Source: Thermodesulfovibrionales bacterium (GTDB taxonomy: Bacteria > Nitrospirota > Thermodesulfovibrionia > Thermodesulfovibrionales > SM23-35). From it: a stretch of 64,000 nt of DNA. Location of the stretch: positions 224,001-288,000 of the forward strand of contig CAVQRT010000030.1 in assembly GCA_963715195.1 (NCBI GenBank). The letters are read 5' to 3'. The notes under the pieces were generated by a model that saw nothing but the letters and a program-made list of their open reading frames with translations, was not told the origin of the DNA and searched no databases. Position numbers and translations under genes: made by a program. Shown piece by piece: positions 41,983 through 52,379 of the stretch (its first letter is position 1; each line of letters begins with the position of its first letter).

Positions 41983-42282
41983 ATGGTTTTCAGAAAATCC
42001 CTCTTTGACGACGACCAAATCGAGGATCTACCCAAGGACGGGAAAAAGGAGGTAAAGCCATTGGAGAAACTGAAAAGCCTTGAAGATAAAATTTCAACCG
42101 CCATAGAGCGGGTTAAGACCCTCAAAGAGGAAAAAATACTTTTTGAAAGAAAGATACGGGAATTCGAAAGACTCTTAGATGAAAAAAGCCAGGAAGTCGA
42201 GCAACTCAGATCAGAAAAGAACGTCATAAAGAATCAGCTTGAATCGCTCCTCAGCGAACTCGATACGCTCGAGGCTGACTGA
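41983..42282 (+). CDS. Coiled-coil cell division protein, ZapB-like
   Basis: LEKLKSLEDKI..A..L..E; precedes zapA. Confidence 0.65.
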   Translation: MVFRKSLFDDDQIEDLPKDGKKEVKPLEKLKSLEDKISTAIERVKTLKEEKILFERKIREFERLLDEKSQEVEQLRSEKNVIKNQLESLLSELDTLEAD

Positions 42283-42287
42283 GAACA

Positions 42288-42554
42288 ATGGGCAGCACCG
42301 AAGTCTACATTTTGGGGCAGAAATATTCGATCAGGGGCGATGCCCCTGAGGAATACATCAGGGAACTCGCCGCTTTTGTCGACAAGAAACTGAAAGATGT
42401 ATACAATGCCGTACCAAACATAACACCGGTGAAAGCAAGCATCCTTGCCGCACTCGATATCGCAGACGAACTCTATAAACTGAAAAACCAGCAGGACGAA
42501 ATGACCCGGCATATCGAGGAAAAGGCATCGACCCTTGCATCATTATTCGACTGA
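42288..42554 (+). CDS. zapA: Cell division protein ZapA
   Basis: V.ILGQKY.I, LA.FVD.K, ILAALDIADE. Confidence 0.9.
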   Translation: MGSTEVYILGQKYSIRGDAPEEYIRELAAFVDKKLKDVYNAVPNITPVKASILAALDIADELYKLKNQQDEMTRHIEEKASTLASLFD

Positions 42555-42674
42555 ATCACATTTTTTTCACTGGCATCTCAGCATCTCAATTACTTGTCAA
42601 TCAGAGTCCGTACCACTCAATCACTCCCGTATGAAACAATCATCTCAAACAAGGACCCAAAGGACTGATGTAAT

Positions 42675-42706
42675 ATCCCCCTCACACCCCCTTTTTGCAA
42701 AGGGGG
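42675..42706. repeat. CCCCCTTT..AAAGGGGG palindromic repeat (partial copy)
   Basis: atccccctcacaccccctttttgcaaaggggg; same family as MITE core and mnmA insert. Confidence 0.6.
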
Positions 42707-42719
42707 AAGAGAAATATTT

Positions 42720-43550
42720 GTGATGAAACACCTGTGGAGTATAAGGATGAGAGCATCTAAAACTGCAAACACTACCCGGGAGGGAAGCAGTAAAAATGAA
42801 ATACACATTTCAGGGGCTGAAGGGCTCTATCCTGTTTCAGAACTTCCGGCAGTCGTCAGCCGGTATACCGAAAGAGCATTACACCATTCGAAGGGCAAGG
42901 CCGATAAGATTGTCGTTACCGCTGAGAAAATCAGTCAGAGATCTCAGACCATACCAGCCTTGCCGATAAGCACGGTCATGTGCCGGATGCCGGAGGAAGG
43001 AAAGACCATTATTCAGGAGATCCTGTTTGCATTGGGCATTACAAAAAAAGCGCTTCAAGCAGGATTCGCGACAATCAGGAAAGGTGGCATGAGGGGTGCT
43101 GCAATTATCGGTGCAAAGGAAGGTTACCGTTTTGAGCCGGACAGGCAAAGGGGCGTTAGGGTATCACGCCTTGGAATCACCTCGCCGGCTTCCAAGCTCC
43201 TTTCCGCAAGGCTCTCTGATTGTGGAATCAACACAGACATTGTGAAAGAGGCCTTGATCCTTGCTTCAAAGGTTGTATCTCATAAAGATGTGATTGCCGA
43301 ACTCTGTGTATCGGATGACCCGGATTATACAACCGGCTATGTTGCGTCTGAAAAATTCGGGTATATAAGGGTACCTCATATCAAACGGAAAAGGAGCACA
43401 ATGGGAGGAAGGGCATTTTTTGTGCGTGAGGGGTCGGATATCAACGGATTGATCTACTATCTCGAAACAATGCCTGTCATGATCGGAAAGACAGCCCTCT
43501 GCAAGGGCATCCATTCGGTATATGAAATCCTTAATAATCCTTATCGCTAA
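42720..43550 (+). CDS. bioW: 6-carboxyhexanoate-CoA ligase
   Basis: SIRMRAS, HISGAE, MRGA, RGVRVS, EALILASKV, SDDPDYTTGY. Confidence 0.9.
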   Translation: MMKHLWSIRMRASKTANTTREGSSKNEIHISGAEGLYPVSELPAVVSRYTERALHHSKGKADKIVVTAEKISQRSQTIPALPISTVMCRMPEEGKTIIQEILFALGITKKALQAGFATIRKGGMRGAAIIGAKEGYRFEPDRQRGVRVSRLGITSPASKLLSARLSDCGINTDIVKEALILASKVVSHKDVIAELCVSDDPDYTTGYVASEKFGYIRVPHIKRKRSTMGGRAFFVREGSDINGLIYYLETMPVMIGKTALCKGIHSVYEILNNPYR

Positions 43551-44406
43551 CCCAGCAGCTCACAGGGCATCAAACAAAAAAGTCGCAACGGCTTCCTATT
43601 ACCTGCAGTCAAAGGGATACGAAGTAGAAGTCATCTTTACCCACAGCAGGGGTGATGCAGAGCACCTTGCGAGGGAATCACTTCTACGGCAGCCCTCCCT
43701 CATCATTGCCGCCGGAGGTGACGGAACATTTAACGAGGTCGTCAATGGAATCGCGGGTACCGGTATTCCGATGGGTATTTTGCCGCTCGGCACAACCAAT
43801 GTCCTTGCAAGGGAACTTCATATCCCTGAAAATGTTCAGGCTGCCATGGAAAAGGCTCTCAGAAAAAATCCGCACAGTATTTCGCTCGGAAAGATAACAC
43901 TCACCGATTCCTCACCCAACATTTCCCGTTATTTTATTCTTATGGCCGGAATCGGGTACGACGCCATGGCGGTATACGGGACCAACGAAGTATTGAAGCA
44001 ATTTTCCGGACAGGGTGCCTATCTCTACAGTGGGATGAAAACCCTTGTGAAATTTCATCCTTCTCTCCTGACCTTTACTGCTGACGGAAAACACTACGAG
44101 GGATATTCAGGAATCATCGGCAATGCGGCGAAATACGGAGGGGCATTCAGTGTAACCCCTGACGCGGACTTGAGCGATCCTGTTCTGCATCTGTGTATTT
44201 TTAAAGGGAGAAAGCGAGTTGACATAGCACGGTATGTTTTCGGTGTGCTCACCGGCACCCATTTGAAATACCGGGATATCGAATATCTCAGGGCTAAACA
44301 TATTGTGATCAACGGCCGAGCTCATATCCAGTTGGACGGCGATTATTTTGGAATGACACCGGCGAAGGTCGAGGTCGCTCCCAATGCCCTTAACCTGATC
44401 TTTTAA
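43522..44406 (+). CDS. Diacylglycerol kinase family lipid kinase
   Basis: NPAA, GGDGT..EV.NG, PLGTTN, GIGYDA, QLDGD. Confidence 0.9.
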   Translation: MKSLIILIANPAAHRASNKKVATASYYLQSKGYEVEVIFTHSRGDAEHLARESLLRQPSLIIAAGGDGTFNEVVNGIAGTGIPMGILPLGTTNVLARELHIPENVQAAMEKALRKNPHSISLGKITLTDSSPNISRYFILMAGIGYDAMAVYGTNEVLKQFSGQGAYLYSGMKTLVKFHPSLLTFTADGKHYEGYSGIIGNAAKYGGAFSVTPDADLSDPVLHLCIFKGRKRVDIARYVFGVLTGTHLKYRDIEYLRAKHIVINGRAHIQLDGDYFGMTPAKVEVAPNALNLIF

Positions 44407-45628
44407 TGACGCCTCCGCCGATTACTATATCATTGTCATAGAATACCGCACTCTGCCCGGGAGCCGGCGCCCACTGCGGTTCATCAAAAACAATATGGAC
44501 AATAATCGCACCTGATAATCCACCCTTGCCCCCTTTTCCGCATTTAGGCGGATTCGCCGGGGCGAAAGCAAAGGTGGGTAAGGGGGGATTTGTTTTAAAA
44601 AAAATCGTTGCCGGCTCATCGTTCATGGTGGAACGGACCTTAACCGTCGCCCTGAAAAAACCTGCGGGTTCCCCTGACCCCGATTCCTCCCATTGTATTG
44701 ATTGAGAAAGCGGAGGAGTAATCCAGTTTAAATCATGCACGGAAAATTCCTTTTTCTTTGCTGAATCCCGGGGGCCTGCGTATACAGTATTCTTTGCGAT
44801 ATCGATATCCGTTACATAGAGGGGTTCCGGCGACGCTATACCCAGACCTTTGCGCTGACCAATGGTATATCCGTAAATCCCCTTATGTGTTCCAATGATT
44901 TTCCCGTGCAGGTCGAGAATGGGGCCCGGTTCCATTTCAGCCTGAAAAAACTTCTGAATGAATTGCAGGTAATTTCTCCCCTGAATGAAGCATATCTCTT
45001 GGCTTTCTTTACACTCTGCTGCAGCCAGACCAAGGTCTCCGGCTATTTTCCTGACAGCGTTCTTCGTGAAACCGCCGAGGGGCAGAATCAGTCTTCTGAG
45101 AATATCCTGAGTTAATAAATACAGCACGTAGGATTGATCTTTTTTCAGATCGATACCTTTTTTTAAAAGAGCTGAAGGCTGAAGGTGTATGGCTGAAGGT
45201 ATCCTTGAATCCTTGAATCCTTGAACCCTTGGCCCCTCTCTTTTAACTCTTGCATAATGTCCCGTTGCAATATATTCCGCACCTCTTTTCTCCGCCTCTT
45301 GAATAAGATGCGGAAACTTGATATACCGGTTGCACAGGATGCATGGATTCGGTGTCAATCCTGAAGTATATGCCTGCACGAACGGTGTGACGACCTTTCC
45401 GGCAAAATCATCTTTCACGTCGATGACGTCATGACGTATTCCTATCATCCGGGCGGTACGGGAGGTGCTTTCAATTGATCGAAACGAACAGCAGGCCGGC
45501 ACAGTTCCCCCCGTCTTTTCCCACATAAGAAAGGATATCCCCTCGACCTCATATCCCTGCTCTTTGAGCAGATATGCGGTGACTGAAGAGTCAATGCCCC
45601 CGCTCATCCCAACGAGAACCTTTGGCAT
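44390..45628 (-). CDS. mnmA: tRNA 2-thiouridylase MnmA
   Basis: MSGGIDS, TPNPCILCN, ATGHYA, KDQSY, ESQEICF, TIGQRKG, PGQSAVFY. Confidence 0.95.
   Translation of the reverse strand: MPKVLVGMSGGIDSSVTAYLLKEQGYEVEGISFLMWEKTGGTVPACCSFRSIESTSRTARMIGIRHDVIDVKDDFAGKVVTPFVQAYTSGLTPNPCILCNRYIKFPHLIQEAEKRGAEYIATGHYARVKREGPRVQGFKDSRIPSAIHLQPSALLKKGIDLKKDQSYVLYLLTQDILRRLILPLGGFTKNAVRKIAGDLGLAAAECKESQEICFIQGRNYLQFIQKFFQAEMEPGPILDLHGKIIGTHKGIYGYTIGQRKGLGIASPEPLYVTDIDIAKNTVYAGPRDSAKKKEFSVHDLNWITPPLSQSIQWEESGSGEPAGFFRATVKVRSTMNDEPATIFFKTNPPLPTFAFAPANPPKCGKGGKGGLSGAIIVHIVFDEPQWAPAPGQSAVFYDNDIVIGGGVIKRSG
44517..44590. repeat. Nested palindromic insertion in mnmA
   Basis: Outer AATCCACCCTTGCCCCCTTT / AAAGGTGGGTAAGGGGGGATT; inner hairpins 44537-44552 and 44553-44566. 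Confidence 0.8.
45171..45232. repeat. 7-bp (GCTGAAG) and 8-bp (ATCCTTGA) tandem repeats in mnmA
   Basis: gctgaag x3 of 4 units; atccttga x3 plus acccttgg. Confidence 0.85.
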
Positions 45629-45684
45629 ATGTACAACTATACCAGATTGACCTTACCACCTGTAACTACTACAATAGGTTGATA

Positions 45685-46197
45685 ATGAAGAATATCGTTC
45701 TGACCGGCTTCATGGGGACAGGGAAAACCGAAGTTGGCAAGGAACTTGCGCAAATCAGGGGTCTGAAGCTGATAGATCTGGATACGGAAATCGAAAAATC
45801 AGAAAAGATGACCATCAATGAGATATTCAAACAGTTCGGTGAGCAGAAATTCAGGGATATTGAGTCGGAGATGATAGAAAAACTTTCCCGGGAGAGGAAC
45901 GTTATTATCTCCACCGGCGGCGGGGCGGTCCTGAAGCAACAGAATATGGATATCCTAAAAAAAACGGGAATCGTTATCTGTTTCATGGCAACACCGGAGA
46001 CAATCCTGCAAAGAACAGGCAATAGCGACAACAGGCCACTGCTGATGGTAGACAATCCTCTTGAAAAGATTCGCGAACTTCTGGAATTCAGGAGGCCTTT
46101 TTATGAAAAGGCCGATCTTATGATCGATACCGAGGATAAAACACCCCGGCAGATTGCGGAAGAGATTATCGATCAAATACGAAATTCTAAACTCTAA
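45685..46197 (+). CDS. aroK: Shikimate kinase
   Basis: LTGFMGTGKT, FRDIE, STGGG, RPLL. Confidence 0.95.
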   Translation: MKNIVLTGFMGTGKTEVGKELAQIRGLKLIDLDTEIEKSEKMTINEIFKQFGEQKFRDIESEMIEKLSRERNVIISTGGGAVLKQQNMDILKKTGIVICFMATPETILQRTGNSDNRPLLMVDNPLEKIRELLEFRRPFYEKADLMIDTEDKTPRQIAEEIIDQIRNSKL

Positions 46198-46258
46198 ACG
46201 AGTTGTTGTTAATAGCCCTGCACCAAAAGCGCAGGGCGTAAAAGTCAAACTCAGAATC

Positions 46259-46329
46259 GTCATTCTCCGGCTTGACCGGAGAATCCAGTTCTTGTTCTCT
46301 GGATTGCCCGATCAAGTCGGGCAATGGCA
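46259..46329. repeat. REP-like double-hairpin element
   Basis: GTCATTCTCCGGCTTGACCGGAGAATCCAG..CTGGATTGCCCGATCAAGTCGGGCAATGGCA. Confidence 0.8.
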
Positions 46330-46344
46330 CAACTAATGAATATT

Positions 46345-47424
46345 ATGGAAAAAATCAGGGTTGAGCTGGCTGAACGAAGTTACAACATTTATATAGGAAG
46401 CGGAATACTCGGAGACATCGGTGAAAGGCTGAGACTGTTCGATCTCAGCCCCAAAATTGCGGTCGTCAGTAATCCAACGGTTTTTTCTCTGTATGGAAAC
46501 AGTCTGTCTGATTCCATTCAAGAAGCTGGTTTTGATCTGCTGACGGTAACGATCCCGGACGGTGAGGAGTTCAAAGACCTGGTTTGGTTGCAGCATTTAT
46601 ATGACGCACTCCTTGGACACAGGCTCGACAGGTCATCAGCCCTTCTCGCACTCGGGGGTGGGGTAATCGGTGATATAGCCGGATTCGCTGCATCCACCTA
46701 CATGAGAGGGATTGCCTGCATTCAGGTCCCCACAACCCTCCTCGCGCAGGTTGACAGTTCCGTCGGGGGCAAGACCGGCGTCAATCACAAACTCGGAAAA
46801 AACATGATCGGAACGTTCTGGCAGCCCAGAATTGTCTGGATTGATACAGATACCCTGAAGACCCTTCCGGAGAGAGAATTACTTGCCGGCCTCGCGGAAG
46901 TAATAAAATACGGGGTTATTCGTGACGAAGAACTGTTTGCGTTCCTTGAACAGAACAGGGAGAAAATCCTGGAATTCGACAGTGAAGCCCTCGCATATAT
47001 TATCCAGCGTTCCTGTGAGATCAAGGCAGAGGTTGTCTCAAAAGATGAGCGTGAATCAGGACTGAGGGCTATCCTGAATTACGGGCATACGACAGGACAC
47101 GCAATCGAGACTGCTACCGGATATACACGATTTCTTCACGGCGAAGCTGTCGCAATCGGAATGTACCTTGAGGCACAACTCGCGCAGATGCTCGACGTTC
47201 TCGAAAGCGATGATGTCCGGAGGATCAAGGCGCTTCTTACAGCATATGGACTGCCTTCCGAAATACCTCCTGACATCCCGACTGAAGACCTCATTTCATC
47301 GATGAAACTCGATAAGAAGTCGGTTGCCGGAGCGTTGAAGTTTATCCTGCCTGAAAGAATCGGGAAAGTGAAAATACAGAAAGGCGTGGGAGAAAAAGCA
47401 ATCAGGGATTTGCTTACGCGCTAA
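46345..47424 (+). CDS. aroB: 3-dehydroquinate synthase
   Basis: GGGVIGD, PTTLLAQVDSSVGGKT, LNYGHT, HGEAVA; start could be 46336. Confidence 0.95.
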   Translation: MEKIRVELAERSYNIYIGSGILGDIGERLRLFDLSPKIAVVSNPTVFSLYGNSLSDSIQEAGFDLLTVTIPDGEEFKDLVWLQHLYDALLGHRLDRSSALLALGGGVIGDIAGFAASTYMRGIACIQVPTTLLAQVDSSVGGKTGVNHKLGKNMIGTFWQPRIVWIDTDTLKTLPERELLAGLAEVIKYGVIRDEELFAFLEQNREKILEFDSEALAYIIQRSCEIKAEVVSKDERESGLRAILNYGHTTGHAIETATGYTRFLHGEAVAIGMYLEAQLAQMLDVLESDDVRRIKALLTAYGLPSEIPPDIPTEDLISSMKLDKKSVAGALKFILPERIGKVKIQKGVGEKAIRDLLTR

Positions 47425-47457
47425 TATCCCTCAATGCAGAGCGCTTCCTATAACGCA

Positions 47458-48444
47458 CTATCCGAACAGTGCATTCATCAATTGAAAGGTAATCCACGCG
47501 AAAAGAAAACATGCCGGAAGAGTAAATATCCAGGCATTGACGATTTTCTTTCCAATCCCCCACCTCACTGCAGTCAGCCTCTTTGTCGAACCGACTCCCA
47601 TAATAGCCGTAGCAATGACATGTGTCGTGCTGACAGGAAGCCCCAGTTGACTGGCCCCAAGAATAATAGCTGTGGCAGAAGTCTCTGCAGCAAAGCCATG
47701 GACCGGCTCTAATTTGAGCATACTGACTCCCATTGTCTTGATGACCTTCCAACCACCAAGAGCGGTACCCAATCCCATCGCTACTGCGCAGATCAGTATG
47801 ACCCAAAAGGGGACCTCAACAGAGTGCAAATATCCTCCGCTCACAAGAGAAAGCGTGATTATTCCCATGACTTTCTGAGCATCATTCGAGCCGTGACTGA
47901 GCGCCATAAAACTCGCTGAAATGATTTGAAGTTTCCCAAAATATTTATTAATAGTCGCCCCGGGCAGTCTCCCGCAAAACTTCAGGAGGACACTCATAAA
48001 GATGAAGCCGAAAATTATTCCGAACACGGGGGAAATAACGAGAGAGAGAAATATTTTTTTCAAGCCAGCAATATTGAGAATACTAGCCCCACCATATGCA
48101 ACTGAAGCGCCGACAAGCCCTCCTATTAATGCGTGCGAGGCACTGACCGGCAGGCCGATAATGGTCATGAGTGTGTTCCAGAGAAATCCAGAAACCAATG
48201 CTGACATGACAACGATTTCAGTTATTGCCTTTGGATCAACAATCCCCTTGCCGATTGTTTTTGCTACCGCGGTAGTCAAAAATGCTCCGAGGACATTCAT
48301 GAAACCTGCGAGGAGCACTGCCTGGACTGGTGAGAGAACCCTCGTGGAGACAACTGTTGCTATTGCATTTGCGGCATCATTATATCCGTTGCTGATATCG
48401 AAGAGAATGGCAAGAACAATAGTGGCGATAATAATTTCAGGCAT
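47458..48444 (-). CDS. PiT-family inorganic phosphate transporter
   Basis: NGYNDAANAIAT, PVSASHA, HGSNDAQK, PVSTTH. Confidence 0.93.
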   Translation of the reverse strand: MPEIIIATIVLAILFDISNGYNDAANAIATVVSTRVLSPVQAVLLAGFMNVLGAFLTTAVAKTIGKGIVDPKAITEIVVMSALVSGFLWNTLMTIIGLPVSASHALIGGLVGASVAYGGASILNIAGLKKIFLSLVISPVFGIIFGFIFMSVLLKFCGRLPGATINKYFGKLQIISASFMALSHGSNDAQKVMGIITLSLVSGGYLHSVEVPFWVILICAVAMGLGTALGGWKVIKTMGVSMLKLEPVHGFAAETSATAIILGASQLGLPVSTTHVIATAIMGVGSTKRLTAVRWGIGKKIVNAWIFTLPACFLFAWITFQLMNALFG

Positions 48445-49054
48445 GCTTGAGGACTATGGCTTCCAAAATATTGGCAACATCCTCACACTTGTCTGATGCA
48501 TTCTCGAGATGTTCATAAATCTCTTTCCATTTAATAATAAGAATTGGATCCTTAATTTCATCAAACAGATGCCCGAGAGCATCCCTGAAAGCCCTGTCTA
48601 ATCTGTTTTCAAGCTTATTGATCTCGATGCAGTATTCCTGGATATGGGCGTAATTTTTTTCTCTCAGCTTCTTTATCGCCTTTTCTACAAATTCCACTGT
48701 TGTCATGAGATCTTTCGCCATGGTAATCGCCCACTTTGTAGACTCTTGTAATTTAAAAACTGTGAGTCTGTCAGCAGCGCCCCAGATAAGATCCAATATA
48801 TCATCAAGTGAAGACGCCAGAGCATGGATATCTTCCCTGTCTATAGGGGTAACAAACGTTTTATTCAGTTTTCTCATGATATCATGGGTATAGACGTCAC
48901 CCTCCTGTTCAAGTTCATGCACTTCTCTCGCCCAGGCATCCAGGTTAGTAAAGTGCTCCATGATACCAACAAGGAGTGTCGCAGCATGGGTAACATTTGC
49001 TGCAGCTTTTTCAAAAATGGCAAAAAAGTCTGTCTCTTTCGGGAAAATTTTCAT
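48437..49054 (-). CDS. DUF47 phosphate transport regulator
   Basis: EQEGD..H..L..TFVTPIDREDI..L...LDD; upstream of pit. Confidence 0.9.
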   Translation of the reverse strand: MKIFPKETDFFAIFEKAAANVTHAATLLVGIMEHFTNLDAWAREVHELEQEGDVYTHDIMRKLNKTFVTPIDREDIHALASSLDDILDLIWGAADRLTVFKLQESTKWAITMAKDLMTTVEFVEKAIKKLREKNYAHIQEYCIEINKLENRLDRAFRDALGHLFDEIKDPILIIKWKEIYEHLENASDKCEDVANILEAIVLKHA

Positions 49055-49156
49055 TACTTGCCTCTTGAGGTAACTGTAGGATATAAAAAAATAAATCTTA
49101 TGTCAACAAGCATACTCGTATTGCATTGCTTTGGACATTAATGCTATAAGTATTAA

Positions 49157-49855
49157 GTGGATACGCCGAAAAAAATCCTCGTTGTTGATGATGAAGCTGA
49201 CCTTGTCGAGCTTGTTTCATATAATTTGAAAAAGGAAGGCTTTCACGTTGACCCGGCTTCAGATGGTGAGACGGCACTCGCAAAAGTACGAAAGGGTAAA
49301 TACGACTTGCTGGTTCTTGACCTCATGCTCCCGGGGATTCAGGGGATTGAACTCTGCCGCATCCTCAGGAACGACCCGAAAACCTCTGTTCTGCCGATCA
49401 TCATGCTCACCGCAAAAGGCGAAGAGGTTGACAGAATCCTCGGCCTCGAGATGGGAGCTGATGATTATATGGCCAAGCCGTTCAGTCCGAGGGAACTTGT
49501 TGCACGGGTCAAAGCCGTACTGAGGCGATCACGGGAGAAACCCGCAAGCGAAAGGGTCCTGAAGATAGGGGATCTTGAAATAGACAGGGAACGGTATATT
49601 GTTTTAGTAAAAACAAAGCCAATCAAACTGAGCGCCACTGAATTCAAGCTCCTCTTGTTCCTTGCCGAAAGAAGGGGGAAAGTATTCAGCAGAAACCAGC
49701 TCCTCGATGCGATATGGCGCGATGAGGCGTTTGTAGAACCAAGGACCGTAGACGTGCACATCAGGCGATTGCGATCAAACATCGAGGAAGACCCTGCGCA
49801 ACCCAGGTATATAAAGACTATGCGGGGCATAGGGTATTTCTTTGATGCAAAGTAA
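49157..49855 (+). CDS. phoB: PhoB/PhoP-type response regulator
   Basis: REC + OmpR wHTH (RTVDVHIRRLR); paired with PhoR-like kinase, divergent from pit. Confidence 0.8.
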   Translation: MDTPKKILVVDDEADLVELVSYNLKKEGFHVDPASDGETALAKVRKGKYDLLVLDLMLPGIQGIELCRILRNDPKTSVLPIIMLTAKGEEVDRILGLEMGADDYMAKPFSPRELVARVKAVLRRSREKPASERVLKIGDLEIDRERYIVLVKTKPIKLSATEFKLLLFLAERRGKVFSRNQLLDAIWRDEAFVEPRTVDVHIRRLRSNIEEDPAQPRYIKTMRGIGYFFDAK

Positions 49856-51687
49856 TGAAGCATGTCCTGTTCAGAAGAATTGTCCTCGCCTATCTCGTTA
49901 TCGCTCCGCTTCTCCTCATAATTCTTGAATTCTACCTCTCGGGAACCGTAAAAGAAAATTATATCTCCAACCTCGGGGACAGTCTTATCATCCAGGCTCA
50001 TCTCATTGCAGATCAGGCATCGGCTCTTGATGCAAAAAATCTCGACCAGTTCTGCAGGGAGTATAAGGAAAAGACCGGAGCACGGGTAACCATCGTCGAT
50101 AGTACCGGCAAGGTTTTAGGGGATTCCGATGAGCCTTCTGCGAAGATGGAAAATCACCTCGACAGGCCGGAGATAAAGGAGGCCGACTTGGGTGACATCG
50201 GCTCTTCAATCAGGTTCAGCAAAACCCTTCAAGAAAACCTTTTCTATCTGGCGATTACCTTCGAGTCTGATGCAGGCAGACAATTTCTCAGGCTCTCACT
50301 CCCTCTCAAGGACATCGAGCAAGCGGTGAATGGTATCAGGATGAGAATTGTGACAGCAACCCTGGCGGTATCGTTGCTGGCAATACTTTTGGGACTGATA
50401 CAGGCAAGGAGAATTACACGGTCAGTGGAGGAAATTACGGCTTTTTCGAAAGAGGTGGCCTCCGGGCATTTCAAAAAACGGCTTTTGCTCAAGGAAAAAG
50501 GCGAACTTGGAGAACTGGGGAAAAATATCAGCGAGATGGCACATGAACTCTACGATAAGCTCAGGCAGAGTGAGGAAAGGAAGCAGAAGATTGAAGCAAT
50601 CCTCAGGAATATGTCTGACGGATTAATCCTGTCGGACCGAAACGGAACCATTCTCTTAAGCAATGAGGCCGTTTCAAGATTCTTCAATGTTGCCTCAAGT
50701 ATCGAAGGGAAAACCATCATGGAGACCCTGCGGAAAACAGATCTGATGGATATGATAGACCACGTTGCAATGAGCAGGGAAAGGATCTCCCGTGAGATCG
50801 AAATAACCCATCCGAAGGATCTCTGCCTGATGGTTACCGCTGCTCCTTTTTACTCGCACCGCAAGGAAGATGAGTTATCCGGCATTGTCATGACTTTTCA
50901 TGACATTACGAGGCTGAAGAGACTTGAGGAGATACGCAAGGATTTCGTGGCAAATGTTTCCCATGAAATCAAAACGCCGATTACCGCCATTAAAGGATTC
51001 ACGGAAACCCTGCTGGAAGGAGCCCTTGATGACCGCGACAATGCTTACAAATTTCTTGAGACCATAAAAAACAACAGTGAACGGCTCAATTCACTGGTGA
51101 CAGACCTCCTCACCCTTTCACGGATCGAACTCGGGGATATCGTGATACAGCAGGACGTGGTCAATCTTGACGACGTCATCGATACGGTCTTCACCATACT
51201 GGCGGAGAAGGCACAGGAAAAACGATTATATCTCAGGAAGGATATTTCTCCCGCAATAATGGATTTCAGGGCTGACAGGGACCGCCTGATTCAGATACTG
51301 CTCAATCTTGTTGACAACGGTATTAAATTCACTGAGCAGGGAGGGGTAACAATAAGGGCAAAGAGTGAAACAGTAAACGTTACAAGTGCAGATAAAACCG
51401 AGACTCCTACTTCATCCTCCGGCATCCAGGCAGTCTCTGACATCGAACCTTTCACCTCTGTCGTCATTTCTGTTGAAGATACGGGAATCGGGATTCCGAA
51501 AAAACATCTCCCCCGGCTCGGCGAGCGTTTTTACAGGGTCGACAGGGCACGTTCGCGTGAGCTCGGAGGCACCGGCCTCGGACTCGCAATCGTGAAACAT
51601 CTTGTGAAGGCGCATGGCTGGGATATGCAGATAGAAAGCGCTGAAGGCCAGGGGACCACTGTACGCATTTTCTGCCCCCCTGTTTGA
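49855..51687 (+). CDS. phoR: PhoR-type histidine kinase (HAMP, PAS)
   Basis: MENH..RPE, RKDFVANVSHEIKTP, ERFYRVD..RSR..GGTGLGL. Confidence 0.85.
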   Translation: MKHVLFRRIVLAYLVIAPLLLIILEFYLSGTVKENYISNLGDSLIIQAHLIADQASALDAKNLDQFCREYKEKTGARVTIVDSTGKVLGDSDEPSAKMENHLDRPEIKEADLGDIGSSIRFSKTLQENLFYLAITFESDAGRQFLRLSLPLKDIEQAVNGIRMRIVTATLAVSLLAILLGLIQARRITRSVEEITAFSKEVASGHFKKRLLLKEKGELGELGKNISEMAHELYDKLRQSEERKQKIEAILRNMSDGLILSDRNGTILLSNEAVSRFFNVASSIEGKTIMETLRKTDLMDMIDHVAMSRERISREIEITHPKDLCLMVTAAPFYSHRKEDELSGIVMTFHDITRLKRLEEIRKDFVANVSHEIKTPITAIKGFTETLLEGALDDRDNAYKFLETIKNNSERLNSLVTDLLTLSRIELGDIVIQQDVVNLDDVIDTVFTILAEKAQEKRLYLRKDISPAIMDFRADRDRLIQILLNLVDNGIKFTEQGGVTIRAKSETVNVTSADKTETPTSSSGIQAVSDIEPFTSVVISVEDTGIGIPKKHLPRLGERFYRVDRARSRELGGTGLGLAIVKHLVKAHGWDMQIESAEGQGTTVRIFCPPV

Positions 51688-51833
51688 GCAAAAAGAGCAG
51701 ATATTGATCAAAAAATTATTTAACTCGATGAGAAAAACGGAGGGAAGAAGTTAGAGAGAAGAAAATACCAAAGAGAGGAAATCGCGGAGATAGTTAAATA
51801 TGCTCCCTCACCGCATATATCTGATGCTGTCTG

Positions 51834-52250
51834 TCACTCCCCCATTACTTGAACAATAATATTTCTCTCCCTCCCTCGGTTATCAAAATCAATAAAGACA
51901 ATCTGCTGCCAAGTCCCTAAAGTCATCTTGGCCTTTACTATGGGAACAGAAAGGGAAGGCTTCATCAGCGCAGCCCGTACATGGGAGAACCCATTACCGT
52001 CACCCCATCGTCTATCATGTTCGTATGGAATATTGGATGGTGCTATTTTCTCTATAGCTTTTTTCAGGTCATTGATTACTCCTGATTCATATTCAATGGT
52101 AGTGATAGCCCCTGTGGATCCTGAACAGAAAACGGTAACCAGTCCGTTCTTGCTATTTGATTTGTTTACAATACTGGCTACCCTGTCCGTAATATCAATA
52201 ACATCACTGAACCCCTTGGTGCTTAGTGAAATGGTATCCGCTGCAATCAT
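51834..52250 (-). CDS. YjbQ/UPF0047 family protein
   Basis: GSTGAITTIEYE, Y.H..GDGNG.SH, LGTWQQI. Confidence 0.88.
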   Translation of the reverse strand: MIAADTISLSTKGFSDVIDITDRVASIVNKSNSKNGLVTVFCSGSTGAITTIEYESGVINDLKKAIEKIAPSNIPYEHDRRWGDGNGFSHVRAALMKPSLSVPIVKAKMTLGTWQQIVFIDFDNRGRERNIIVQVMGE

Positions 52251-52379
52251 GTACCCCTCCGATCTTTTGTTATGCCTTTATACACTCATAGCGCATACAG
52301 TAATTTATCTTTTTCTGAGCATATTGACAAACATCTTATTTTTTGATAGAAGTAAATCAACCAGCCGGAGGGGGACAAA

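Noticed and set aside
42555..42720. 6S RNA downstream of zapA
   Set aside because: Only short degenerate repeats and a palindrome; no long closing stem
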